From: Octopus vulgaris
Lineage: Eukaryota
Length of the DNA stretch: 64,000 nt
Direction of reading: 5' to 3'
NCBI GenBank assembly: GCA_951406725.2
Contig: OX597818.1
Coordinates: 94,302,001 to 94,366,000, forward strand
Each line of letters starts with the position of its first letter. The stretch's first letter is position 1. Under the pieces are notes generated by a model, which was given only the letters and a program-made list of their open reading frames with translations, did not search any database and was not told the origin of the DNA. Shown here piece by piece: positions 25,284 through 38,229 of the stretch. The position numbers and the translations under genes were made by a program.

Positions 25284-25661
25284 TTCTTTTATTCTTTTGT
25301 TCTTATACTTGTTTCAGTCATTTGGCTGCAGCCTTGCTGAAGCAACGTCTTTAGTCAAACAAATCAACCCAAGACTTATTCTTTTGTAAACCTAGTATTT
25401 ACTCTATTGGTCTCTTTTGCTAAGTTACGGGGATGTAAACATACCAACATTGGTTGTCAAGTGATGGTGTGGGGACAATCACAGACACACAAATACATGC
25501 ATATGACGGGCATCTTTCAGTTGCTGTCTACCAAATCCACTCACAAGGCTTTGGTTGGCCCAAGGCTATAGTAAAAGACACTTGCTCAAGGTGCCATGCA
25601 GCGGAACTAAACCCAGAACCATGCGGTTGGGAAGCAAGCTTCTTATCACATAGCCACTCCT
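25284..25661 (-). mobile_element. SINE family A
   Basis: Reverse-complement homologue of 18867-19297. Confidence 0.85.
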
Positions 25662-25878
25662 ATATATATACCATGTACCTGAACTTGGAGAGTGCCTGTC
25701 CAGCAATGGGAACGTGGCATGCTCCTAGCAGTGTGTCCGTCATCAAAGCTGGTGGCCAGGCGAAGCAGAAACAACACAAGCGAGCCTGGAGATGTTGCCT
25801 ATAGCCCCGGGAAGAGTTCTCTCTCCATGTATAAATATGTGCATATGTACGTGTTTTTGTGTGTTTACATATATATAT

Positions 25879-25921
<43 letters not shown>

Positions 25922-26037
25922 TTTATTTTTATATTTATATATTTACATTTATATATATACACACCCATATGTCTGTATATATAAATACATATGTATATAT
26001 AAATATATATATAAATATATATATATAAATACATATG

Positions 26038-26078
<41 letters not shown>

Positions 26079-26083
26079 GTATA

Positions 26084-26376
26084 TGTTGTTTGTTCCTTCT
26101 CAAGCCATACCTGGCTCATAAGGGCTGCTTACCCGGTTTCATCGGTGTATAGACTCCCCACCTGGACAGAATACCAGTCCATCACAGGTGAGCTGCTTGA
26201 TGCAGGAGGAAAGAGTGAGAGAAAGTTGTGGTGAATGAGTCAGCAGAAGTTCACCATTAATTTCTGCTGGAGCCAGAAGTGTTTTGCTCATAAACACACA
26301 CAGCCCAGTCTAAGATTTGAAACTGTGATCCCTCAACCACGAGTCCACTGCTCTAACCACTAGGCCATGTGCCTCC
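26084..26376 (-). mobile_element. SINE family C1 (OR-like)
   Basis: Reverse-complement homologue of 8438-8752, ends CTAACCACTAGGCCATGTGCCTCC. Confidence 0.85.
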
Positions 26377-26467
26377 ACATATATAAGTATGTATACATAA
26401 ATATATATATATATAAATATATACATACACACATATATATATGTGTGTGTGTGTATATATATATAGG

Positions 26468-26554
<87 letters not shown>

Positions 26555-26567
26555 GCCACTCCCAAAT

Positions 26568-27058
26568 AGTTGAAAGTATCAGGAGGAGAGGTAGACCGAG
26601 GAAGACATGGGATGAGGTAGTCAAGCATGACCACAGAGCGTTGGGCCTCACAGAGGCAATGACGAAGGACCGAAATCTCTGGAGATATGCTGTGACTGCA
26701 AAGACCCGGGCTGCTTCCTGCACCAGTTCCACATAGCCCCTGCCCATTCAAAGTACCTTGGATTTCAGAACAACCTGCTGTGCTTGAGGAGACCTATTAA
26801 GTCAAGTACATGAACATCGAAATAAATATCAATAGAAATAGTAGTTGCGATACCTGTGCCGGTGGCACATAAAAAGCACCATACGAACGTGGCCGATGCC
26901 AGTGCCGCCTTGACTGGCTTCCGTGCCGGTGGCACATAAAAAGCACCCACTACACTCGTGGAGTGGTTGGCGTTAGGAAGGGCATCCAGCTGTAGAAACA
27001 GCTGCTAGCACGGAAAACGGACATTAAACGATGATGATGATGATGATGATGATGATGA
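26568..27058 (+). mobile_element. RTE family 1 LINE 3' end
   Basis: [34 protein letters not shown], then 3' UTR and (GAT)n tail. Confidence 0.85.
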
Positions 27059-27549
27059 TATATATATGTATACACACACACACACACGCACACGTATATA
27101 ATAAAGATACATACATACATATATATATAGTTCAAATTTACAGAGAACAATAGATGAAGACAGGTGAAAGAACAACAAGCAGGTGTATTAGTTTAACACT
27201 TGGGAAGAATGGGAAAGTCTTTGACGCTTTGCTCTTTGACAGAAAGAATTGAGAGAGAAAAAAACAGGAAGAAAAAGATGCACAGTTCAGCATGATGAAA
27301 TGGCCGGAAGAAACATTGCATGCACACTCAAGTAGTAAGCATATAAATGCAAAACAAGGTGAAAAATATAATACTCGACTGTCTGACAAATGGTGACATG
27401 AAACTGAGTGACAGTTTTTGAAGATTTTGGGAGGCTTTAATAAATAGTATATATGCATATGTGTATATATATATGTATGTAAGTATGTATATATATTATA
27501 CTTCCTACCCTCTATCACATTTTGATATTTTTTCAGCAAGCTTGCATGG

Positions 27550-28300
27550 GTGGGTATATATTATTTAGCACTGTGTGTCACCACTCATCACAGTCCTTCA
27601 TCATCTTCTTTGTAAGATTTAGCATTTTGATATCAATTGTTACCCATCTCCTCATGGTCTCCCTCTGCCACAGGTTCCATCTGTTTGTACACCTTGCACT
27701 TCTTTCTACAGCTGCCCAACTCCATAAGTACCACATTCCTATACTTGCATAATCTTCTCTATTGCACACTACATCTGATTCCTCTTGTACCTAGTTTTTG
27801 TTTCAGCTTCTTTTTATATATTTGACAGCTTTTATTACCTTGGCAGCTCAATTAGCAGTGAGGGCAGGTGTTCCAAATGCATAGTAGACAGAGTAAGAAA
27901 GAAATAGAAAAAAGTTCAGGGATGTATTACTTCTGCTGACCACAAAAGTATTCTCTCTGTGACTGAAGACTGGATCATATGATGCTTGTGTATAAAATGT
28001 AATCTTTGAGTGAAATGTGTATTGAATGCAAAAGATGTGCTGAAACTGGAAAAAACTTAAGCAAGCATGCTCCAACGCACATATATTGTTAGTGTGCATG
28101 AATGACAGAGCACAAATGAGCGAAGAGAAAAATTGAACATAAGAGGAATCAACTGTAGCATGCAAGAAACAAGTTTGCAATGGTGTGTATATGGAGGATG
28201 AGAGTTGGGCGAAGAAGCACCAATGCCAGTGGAAGGAACCTTCAGAAGATGAAGACCAAGGAAGAAAGATGACAGGGCACTGTAAGAAATGGAGGGATGT
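27550..28300. mobile_element. Two old RTE family 1 fragments in opposite orientation (27550-27800 minus; 27835-28300 plus)
   Basis: KLGTRGIRCSVQ*RRL on minus; KKFRDVLLLLTTKVFSL..YDACV on plus. Confidence 0.55.
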
Positions 28301-28428
28301 TGTACTGGAGAAGACTCATCTCCATCAATATAAGTATGGCAAAATGATGATTGTATTAAGTGATTGCAAGACCAAATTCTTAACCACACATGTAAGTATC
28401 AAATGTATATAAGTATATATATATATAA

Positions 28429-28491
<63 letters not shown>

Positions 28492-28495
28492 TACA

Positions 28496-28878
28496 TACTC
28501 TTTTACTCTTTTACTTGTTTCAGTCATTTGACTGCGGCCATGCTGGAGCACCGCCTTTAGTCGAGCAAATCGACTCCGGGATTTATTCTTTGTAAGCCCA
28601 GTACTTATTCTATCGGTCTCTTTTGCCGAACTGCTAAGTGACGGGGACGTAAACACCCCAGCATCGGTTGTCAAGCAATGCTAGGGGGACAAACACAGAC
28701 ACACAAACACACACATATATATATATATACACATATATACGACAGGCTTCTTTCAGTTTCCATCTACCAAATCCACTCACAAGGCATTGGTCGGCCCGGT
28801 GCTATAGCAGAAGACACTTGCCCAAGATGCCACGCAGTGGGACTGAACCCGCAACCATGTGGTTGGTTAGCAAGCTAC
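28496..28878 (-). mobile_element. SINE family A
   Basis: Reverse-complement homologue with (TACTCTTT)n tail and internal (CA)/(TA) tract. Confidence 0.9.
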
Positions 28879-28919
28879 TTACCACACAGCCACTCCTGTA
28901 TATATATATACACACATAC

Positions 28920-28950
<31 letters not shown>

Positions 28951-29031
28951 TACACACATACATATATATATATGTATATATACACACACACACATATATT
29001 CTATTTCTATTCAAAATGATTTTAAATATAT

Positions 29032-29082
<51 letters not shown>

Positions 29083-29134
29083 GATGTGTGTGTGTGTGGG
29101 CACGTGCGTGCATGCATGTGTGCATGTGTATGTG

Positions 29135-29696
29135 CCAGTCTCTAACTGTTCAGGTAACCCGTGGAAGAGGTAGACCCAGGAAAACATGGGACAAAGTGGT
29201 GAAGCATGATCTTCAGATGTTGGGTCTCAAGGAGGCAATGACAAATGATCGAGATCTTTGGTGATTTGCTGTACTTGAGAAGACTCATCAGGTCAAATGA
29301 AATCGTATTCATGGACAGTGCCAGTGACATGTAAAAGGTAACTGTGATGATGATACATAAAAGGCACCTGTAATGATGACACATAAAAGGCACCCATAAC
29401 AGTGACATGTAAAAGCACCTATGATGGTGACAAATACAAGGCATCCGTGATAGTGACACGTAAAAAGTACCCATAACAATGACACATAAAAGGCACCTGT
29501 GATGGAGACATGTAAAAGGCACCCACTACACTCTTGGAGTGCTTGGCATTAGGAAGGGCACCCAGCTGTAGAAACCAAGCCAAAATCAGACCAGAGCCTG
29601 GAACAGATCTCCAGCTTACCAATTCCATTCAAACCGACTAACCCATACCAGCATGGAAAATGGACCCTAAATAATGATGATGATGATGATGATGAT
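29135..29696 (+). mobile_element. RTE family 1 LINE 3' end with expanded UTR repeats
   Basis: [19 protein letters not shown]...; about 7 copies of GACA(T/C)(G/A)TAAAA(G)GCACC at 29325-29525; (GAT)n tail. Confidence 0.8.
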
Positions 29697-29707
29697 ATAA
29701 ATATACA

Positions 29708-29871
29708 TAGGCACAAGCATGACTATATGGTAAGAAGCTTACTTCCCAACCACATGTTTCCAGGTTCAGTCCCACTGTGTGGCACCGTGGGCAAGTGTCT
29801 TCTGCTATAGTCTCAGGCTGACCAAAGCCTTGTGAGTGGACTCGGTAGGCAGAAACTGAAAGAAGCCCATC

Positions 29872-29875
<4 letters not shown>
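29708..29875 (+). mobile_element. SINE family A, 5' half
   Basis: Head to GAAAGAAGCCCATC, then (TA)n; a matching 3' half lies at about 30640-30855. Confidence 0.8.
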
Positions 29876-29952
<77 letters not shown>

Positions 29953-30048
29953 CGGGAAGCTTTATAAAAATAGACAAAAGACGAAGGCAGGTGGAAAACA
30001 AACAAACAATTGTATTAGTATGGCGCTCAGGAAATATAAATAAAACAA

Positions 30049-30088
30049 GTCTTTAACGTTTCGAGCCTACGCTCTTCAACAGAAAGAT
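30049..30088 (-). ncRNA. Minimal type I hammerhead ribozyme-like motif (A6U variant) in a Penelope-like tail (about 29950-30160)
   Basis: Minus strand TCTTT-CTGTTGA-A-GAGC[GTAG]GCTC-GAAAC-GTT-AAAGA: 5-bp stem I, 4-bp stem II, palindromic AACGTT. Confidence 0.6.
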
Positions 30089-30180
30089 ACACAGAGAGAA
30101 AAAAAACACAGAAAGAAGGAGAGAAAAAAAATGCGTGCAGTAACTAACGAATCAACATGTACATATATATATATATATCA

Positions 30181-30630
30181 ATCATCACCATCATCATCGT
30201 TTAATGTCTCCTTTCCACGTTGGCATGGGTTGGACGGTTTCACTGAGGACTGGCAAGCCAGGAGGCTGCAGCAAGCTCCAATCTGATCTGGCAATGTTTC
30301 TACAGCTGGATGCCCTTCCTAACACCAACCAGTCTGAGAGTGTAGTAGGCGTTTTTTACATGTCACCAACACGGGGACCAGTCAGATGGCACTGACATCA
30401 ACCATGCTTGAATGGTGCTCTTTATGTGCCACTGGCATGGGAGCCAGTCAAGTAGCACTGGCACTGGCCATGCTCGAATGGTGCTTTTTACGTGCCACCA
30501 GCACAGGTGCCAGTCAGGTAGCACTGACCTCAGCTACGACTACAATCTTGCTTGACTCAACAGGATTTCTCAAGCACAACATCTTGCCCGACAATTGAAG
30601 TGTACTTTTAAAGAGGCCATTCAAGTGACA
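30181..30630 (-). mobile_element. RTE family 1 3' UTR fragment
   Basis: CATCATCGTTTAATGTC...CTACAGCTGGATGCCCTTCCTAAC and TGGTGCTTTTTACGTGCCACC repeats. Confidence 0.8.
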
Positions 30631-30857
30631 CTAGCACATATGTGTATGTGGTCTGTGTGTGTCCTACCACTGCTTGATAAGCAGTGTTGGTGTGTTTACA
30701 TCCCCATAACTTAGTAGTTCAGCAAAAGATATTGATAGAGTAAATACCAGGCTTAAAAAAAGAAAATAAGTACTAGGATTAATTCATTTGACTAAAAGAT
30801 TTCTTCAAAGCAATGCCTGAGCATGGCATGTCTAATGACTGAAACAAGTAAAATACA

Positions 30858-30890
<33 letters not shown>

Positions 30891-31495
30891 GGTTATTATA
30901 TCCATTTTCTTCTCTTATATATATATATATATATATATGACCTATATCTGTAGTGATGCAAAGTAAAGCATTTTAACAGCATACCATACCCATCTTCATC
31001 TTTTTTGCTTTCTTCTTGTAAACAGTAAAAATAAAGCTACCTGACTGGTTTTGAATCTTCTTTGATTCCCATCGGAGATAAAATACCATTTGATTTGGTC
31101 ACAAAGAGAAATATGGTTAATAGCTAAATATTGTCACTAAATGTAGTGATTTTGCTCAAATGATTTGTGTGATTTGTATAAATAGTGCTTCGCTGGCAAC
31201 TTATTCAAATGAATGAATTAATTATGTACTCAACTGCATTCATTCTCAACTATATGATAAATTAATTTGTTTATTCATTTATTTATTTATTTATTTATTT
31301 ATTATTATCATTATTTTTTTTTCATGAAAAGAAAGTGAAAACACACAAAGACGGTTTCTTTACAGCTATCACAAAAGAATAGCTGCACCACAGTGTTGCT
31401 AAAAAGGTTTAGCTTACATCGCATTATAAATATACTGCAAAGAATGAATGCTGTTTATTTCTTAATTAATTAATTAAAACACACGCGCACACATA

Positions 31496-31679
31496 GGCAT
31501 AAGAGTGGCTATGTGGTATGAAGCTTGCTTTCCCTACCACATAGTTCCAGGTTCAGTTCCACTGCATGACACCTTGGGCAAATGTCTTCTACTATAATCT
31601 TCGGTCAACCAAAGCCTTGTGAGTGGATCTGGTGGACAGACACTGGAAGAAGCTTGTCTCATGTGTGTGTGTGTGTGTG

Positions 31680-31763
<84 letters not shown>

Positions 31764-31940
31764 TATGTATGTGTCGTTGTGTCTGTATTTGCACCCCACC
31801 ATAGCTTGACATCTGACGTTGGTGTGTTTACATCCCTGTAACTTAGCACTTCAGCAAAAGAGACCAGTAAGATAAATACTAGATTTAAAAGAAAAAAATC
31901 TTGAAGTCAATTTGTTTGACAAAAACCCTTCAAGATGTGT
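31496..31940 (+). mobile_element. SINE family A with expanded internal (TG)n
   Basis: Head and 3' body separated by about 100 bp of (TG)n at 31662-31762. Confidence 0.85.
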
Positions 31941-31974
31941 TTTACTATCCTATAACCATGTTACTTAAGATACT

Positions 31975-32420
31975 CCAGCACTGGCTCCCATGCTGGTGAC
32001 ACGTGAAAAACACCATTTGAGCATAATCGTTGCCAGCATCACCTTACTGGCACATGTGTCAGTGGCACGTGAAAAACAACATTTGAGCATAATCGTTGCC
32101 AGCATCGCCTTACTGGCATATGTGCCAGTGGCACATGGTCGTTGCCAGTGCCGCCGAACTGGCTCCCATGCAGGTAGCATGTAAAAACACCTTTTGAGCA
32201 TGGTCGTTGCCAGGACCACCTGACTGGCCCTCATGCCAGTAGCACTTTAAAGCACACACTACACTCTCGGAGTGGTTGGCATTAGGAAGGGCATCCAGCT
32301 GTAGAAACTTTGCCAGATCAGATTGAGCCTGGTGCAGCCTCTGGCTCACCAGTCCTCAGTCAAACTGTCCAACCCATGCCAGCATGGAAAGCAGACGTTA
32401 AATGATGATGATGAAGATGA
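31975..32420 (+). mobile_element. RTE family 1 3' UTR fragment
   Basis: Tandem UTR repeats, GGAGTGGTTGGCATTAGGAAGGGCATCCAGCTGTAGAAAC, tail GACGTTAAATGATGATG. Confidence 0.8.
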
Positions 32421-32786
32421 TACATACTGGGAGGTAAGGTTTCAACGAGTAGTATAGCATTCAATCAGTTAAGAGGGTACAGGTGTTATAATAAAAACCA
32501 CAAAAAGCCTTGTGACATACAGCTACCCTGGGTTTCCTGGCCAAAATATTGATTTATTTCACCTAGTTTGGTTATTGCATTCATTGCAATTGATGTTAGA
32601 ATGAGCACACACATTCAGAAAAAGACAGAGAGAAGCACAGGGGAGATAATAAACTTCACAGGAAATATAACCAGTGCATAAAAGTTTCATAAACCAACAC
32701 TGGAATGATTTATGTTGTGTTTGGTGGGTTATCTTCAATTTCTGCTAAAATGTATTTTTTAAAATACAGACATAATGAAAAAATTT

Positions 32787-32954
32787 AGAAGCGGCTGTGT
32801 GGTAAGTAGCTTGCTTACCAGCCACATGGTTCCGGGTTCAGTCCCACTGCGTGGTACCTTGGGCAAGTGTCTTCTATTATAGACTCAGGCCGACCAAAGC
32901 TTTGTGAGTGGATTTGGTAGACGGAAACTGAAAGAAGCCCATTGTATATATGTA

Positions 32955-33036
<82 letters not shown>

Positions 33037-33243
33037 TGTGTCTGTGTTTGTTCCCCCAACATCGCTTGACAACCGATGCTGGTGTGTTTATGTCCCCGTA
33101 ACTTAGCAATTCAGCAAAAGAGAATGATAGAATAAGTACTAGGCTTACAAAGAATAAGTTCTGGGGTCGATTTGCTTGACTAAAGGTGGTGCTCCAGCAT
33201 GGCCACAGTCAAATGACTGAAACAAGTAAAAGAGTAAAAGAGT
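32787..33243 (+). mobile_element. SINE family A, near full length
   Basis: Homologous to 18867-19297; tail AAGTAAAAGAGTAAAAGAGT. Confidence 0.9.
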
Positions 33244-33299
33244 CAAAAAAGATGTTTGATATGCTCACTTGTAAAACTTTATTTTTAAAATACTTAAGT

Positions 33300-35930
33300 A
33301 CGTTATATAGGGACATCCTAATTGAGAAATTTGATGAGAGGGAGGAGCAGCTACAAACTTGTGACATAGAGGGCAACTGGGAATTCCTGCAGGATAGCTT
33401 GCTGAGTGTCACAAACCAAATCCATGGGTGGTGCAATGTCCCTTCCAGACCTAGGGTAACATGGTGGTGGAACAATACCATAGACAGAGCCATTACAGCA
33501 AAAAAAAAAAAAAAACAGGCCTAGAAGACCTGGAAGAGTTGCAGCAGCAGGGAACTGTGTCAGATAGCCAGAAGGGAAGCTAGGAGACAGGTATATCTAG
33601 CCAAGGGAGAAACGAAAAAAGAAGGACCAACGAACTGAAGTATTTCGGATTGCAAGACAGTGTGTGAAAGAATATTGTAATGTCATTGGAGAGAAATGAG
33701 TCTGCATGGATGATGGCACACTTGCTTTTAATGAGTCTGCAAAGAAAGAGACATGGAGATGCCATTATGAAAGACTGCTGAACGTGGAGAATGAATGGGA
33801 GGAAGAAAGTCTGCGGAATGTTGACCCAATTGAGGGACCGGCTACCCGAATTGACAGTACCCTGGTAGACAAAACAATTAAGGATATGAAGACTGGGAAA
33901 GCCCCCATCAAGAATCCCCGCTGAGATGCTTAAAATATCTGGTGGTGTGGGTTATGGTCTAGTCACCTGTAGTATAAATCAGGTGGTTCATGAAGGAGTT
34001 ATACCCAATGATTTTTGCAGCAGCATCATAGTCGACTGCTGCAAAGGTAAAGATGATGCCTTAGATAGAAATAATTACAGAGGTACCAAATTGTTGGATC
34101 AGTTGAGGGAGAGAGTTAGTCTACATGAGACGCAGTTTGGTTTTGTGCCAGGTAGAAGCACCACTGATGCTATATTTCTCATAAGGCAACTGTAGGAGAA
34201 ATGCCAAGCCAAAGGTTAACCTCTGTTTATGGCTTTTGCTGACTTGGAGAAAGCTTTTGACAGAGTACCCCAATCTGTTGTCTGGTGGTCAATATGGAAA
34301 CTAGGGCTAGATGAGTGGTTGGTGAGAGCTGTACAAGCTGTACAAGGTGAGAGTGGGCAATGAGTACATGGAAGAATTCAGGGTACAAGTAGGGGTTTAC
34401 CAAGGATCGGTGTTCAACACCCCCTTGTTCATCATTGTCCTCCAGGCAATAACAGAGAAATGCAAGACATGGAACTTCTCTATGCTGATGACCTCGCTCT
34501 TATAGCTGAATCACTTCCTGAGCTAGAGAAAACGATCTAGGTTTGGAAACAAGGTCTAAAATCAAAGGGCCTTAGAGTTAACCTAGCAAAACCCGAAGTC
34601 ATAGTAAGTTGGAAGGCAGACAAATCACAAATCTCCTCAGGTAGATGGCCCTGTTCAATCTGTAGAAAAGGTGTAGGTAGAAACTCCATAAGATGCACCC
34701 AGTGTAAGCTTTGGACACACCAAAGGTGCAGCAACATCAAAGGAAAGTTAACAGAGAAACTAACTTTTGTATGTGGAAGGTGCACAGGCATAATAAATGC
34801 TGAACATGTGTGGAAAATAGACTCCATCAACTGCCAGGGGTGCAAGCTAGAGGTAGTAGATAGCTTCCAGTATCTAGGTGACCAGGTTAGTAGTGGAGTT
34901 GGATGTTCCGAGAGCGTAGCTGTGAGAATAAGATTAGGTTGGGCAAAGTTTAGAGAGCACCTATTCCTGCTGGCAACAAAGGCCTCTCTCTCTCAGAGGG
35001 AAAAGCAGATTGTTTGATGCCTGTGTGGGAACAGCTGTGCTGCATGGCAGTGAAACATGGGCTGTGACAGCCAAAGATATGTCTAAGCTTGAAAGAATGA
35101 AGCCAGTATGCTTCACTGGATGTGCAATGTCAGTGAGCATGTTTAACAGTGTAAGCATCTTGAGAGAAAAGTTAGGCATAAGAGGAATTAGATGTGGTGT
35201 GCAAGAGAGATGACTGCGCTGGTATGGTCATGTGATGTGTATGAAGTACTGATCTCTAATTGTGAAGGGAACCTGAGGTAGAAGTAGATCCAGGAAGACA
35301 TGGGACAAGGTGGTGAAGCATGATCTTTGAACTTTGAACCTCACAGAGGCAATGATTAGTGACTGAAAACTTTAGTGATGTGCTCTGCTTATGGGGACCC
35401 ATCAAGTCAAGTGCACTCATGCTGGTGACATGTAAAAAATCAACCTCTGAATGTTGGGCCTCACGGAGGTAAAGTGGCCGAGTTCCTTTCGAGTGTTGGG
35501 CCTCATGGAGGCATAGTGATGAATTCCTTTTGAGCATTCGGCCTGATGGAGGCAAGGTGGCTGAGTTCCTTTTGAGCAATGGGCCTCATGGAGGCAAAGT
35601 GGCTGAGTTCCTTTCAAATGTTGGGTCCCACAGAAGCAATGACCAAGACCTTTAGCATTATGTTGTGCTTGAGAAGAAGACTCATCAAGCCAAGAAAAAT
35701 TGCAGTCATGGCAGATGCAGATGTCGTGCAAATGGCACCCATGCTGGTGTCACGTAAAACCACTCATCACACTCTCAGAGTGGTTGGCATTAGGAAGGGC
35801 ATCCAGCCATAGAAAACCAGGCCAAATCAGACAGGGGACTGGTGCCGCCTTCCAGTGGGCCAGCACAGTCAAACCATCCAACCCATGCCAGCATGGACAA
35901 TGGACGTTAAATGATGATGATGATGGTGAT
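33300..35930 (+). mobile_element. RTE family 1 LINE, 5'-truncated ORF2 pseudogene with 3' UTR
   Basis: VTWWWNN, NNYRGTKLL, QFGFVPGRSTTDAIF, DLEKAFDRVP, YQGSV, YADD (34481-34492), FQYLGDQV, LHGSETW; multiple stops and frameshifts; (GAT)n tail. Confidence 0.93.
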
Positions 35931-36125
35931 ATATATATATATATATATACTATTTTATAAGCTTTATTCTTATAAAATATTGTTATCATTATTTACAGAT
36001 TGTAAAATTCAGCACCACTTACCAAATAATTGCAAATGTATGTCTGTATGTTTGTTTGTATGTATGGTATTAGAATTACAGGGTTACATATTAGGGTGTT
36101 ACTTTTAATAAGTTATGATGGACTT

Positions 36126-36171
<46 letters not shown>

Positions 36172-36227
36172 ATACCAATGTATAACATACATACATACCT
36201 ACATATATACATACATTCATACATACA

Positions 36228-36261
<34 letters not shown>

Positions 36262-36469
36262 CATACATACATACTTACATGCATATATAAACATGATAAA
36301 AGATCAACAACCTGCTCCCCTCCAAGAGAAATTAGATGCATTCAAACCTTTATACACAGCACCAATCATGTTATTGTAGATACCACAGGGGTGAGATTTA
36401 ATGTCATGTCTGACAACACAACAATACTCATTGTTATGGAATAATCCCTATGTCCCTAACACTCTCATC

Positions 36470-36527
36470 ACCATCAACTCCACCACCACCACCACCACCA
36501 CCACCACCACCGCCAACCACCACCACC

Positions 36528-36559
<32 letters not shown>

Positions 36560-36620
36560 CAACACCATCATCTCTACCACCACTATCACTAACTCCTGCA
36601 CCATCAACCCAGCATCATCA
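36470..36620. repeat. (ACC)n/(ACT)n triplet microsatellite
   Basis: Direct inspection. Confidence 0.9.
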
Positions 36621-37268
36621 CCACTGGCAACATTCTCACCACTACCAAGATTATTAAAACTAACTCCTCCAGTCCCTACCAACTCCAGGATTATGAACAG
36701 CAACTTAACACAGCTGAAGTGAGAGACATTACAGCCTGTTATTATAAGTGTCCATCATCTGGTCAGAAATATGACTTATATAATAACACTGAAGTTATTT
36801 ATATTTCCTGCTGAAGAGCTCTTCTTTGATTATAGCAGCCAAGAAATGGTGGAGAAGACAGTGAGAGCAGGGGAAGATATGTGGGTCATTTAATTAAAGC
36901 ACATGTATTTATTCATTTATTTTCATTTTATATCCCAATTAGTCAACACTAGCATCATCAGTTACAAGATTTTTCTAGTAGGTCAGTTACTGGTTCACAT
37001 ATTTCTGATGATGATTGAGGCAAGGGAGTGTCTATAACTTGATGTAGAACAAATATCACAAGGAACTTCATGTATAAAGCACTGTTTTTTTTTATTTCCT
37101 GTCTCAGTTTTATTTCACTGATGTTTTTGTCTTTTGTTTAAATGTATCAGCAAAGCTACACACACACACACACACACACACACATAATTATATATACATA
37201 CATACATGCATGCATACACATACACACACACAAACACATACACACACAAGCACAAACACACACATGCG

Positions 37269-37299
<31 letters not shown>

Positions 37300-37369
37300 A
37301 CACACACAGAGTTACCTAAGAATTCATATGTCAGAGAAAGGTGTATTCCTATGTTTATTATCAGAGTGG

Positions 37370-37610
37370 GTATATTATCAAAGTATACAGTATTATAGAT
37401 CCATTCCAGCTGATCTTACCAATAGGTTTCCAAACCTGCCATCTCTGAGGAATGCATGGCTATTATATAACTGCCATGTTATATTAGGTAACTGCCCTGT
37501 AATAGCACTGGCTATTTGATAATTACACTGTTATCTAATAACCAGTGTGAGTCTAGTTGGTAAGATGAGCTGAAATGGATCTATGATACTGTATGCTTTG
37601 GTTAACATAC
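37370..37610. mobile_element. MITE-like element with about 50-bp terminal inverted repeats
   Basis: CAAAGTATACAGTATTATAGATCCATTCCAGCTGATCTTACCAA (37379-37422) vs TTGGTAAGATGAGCTGAAATGGATCTATGATACTGTATGCTTTG (37557-37600). Confidence 0.7.
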
Positions 37611-38024
37611 ATATACACATATAATTTACTTGGAGAGGAAATTCTCCATATAGTTGTGGGTAAAAGCACACATGAGCTTTAGACAACTTTATTTGATTTT
37701 GATTTTGGTTAGTGTATTTTTGATTAATTTCAGCTTGACTGAGCTTAGCACACTCCAACAAATATATTTTTTGCTGTTTATATTTAAGAATGGCAGCTCT
37801 TCTTACACAGGACTGTGGACAACCAAATCAGTGTCTGTAATTGATGAAGTGTAATCACACAGAAACATGAATCTTACATTTCGATGACATCATTTAAAGA
37901 CTTTATGCCTATGAAGAGAATTTCTTTCAGACAATTATTGCAGTAAAATCTTTCCATGATTGAATACACACATAGTTGTTAAATATCAATATATACAGCT
38001 TCATTTTATTACACATATAAGTAA

Positions 38025-38057
<33 letters not shown>

Positions 38058-38229
38058 TGTGCGTGTGTGTGTGTATGCATGCATATATATATATATATAT
38101 ATATAGATCTTTTATCTTTTTATCTCTACTGTTTTAAGCTAGAGGCTGTGGCCATGCCAGAGCTTCACATTTAACATGATTGGTTTTTATCTCACACTCA
38201 TTACCTGCCTTTCTCTCTGGAGCTATTTC

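Noticed and set aside
33186-35213. Intact, active reverse transcriptase gene
   Set aside because: Numerous stops and frameshifts, 5' truncated, no endonuclease domain
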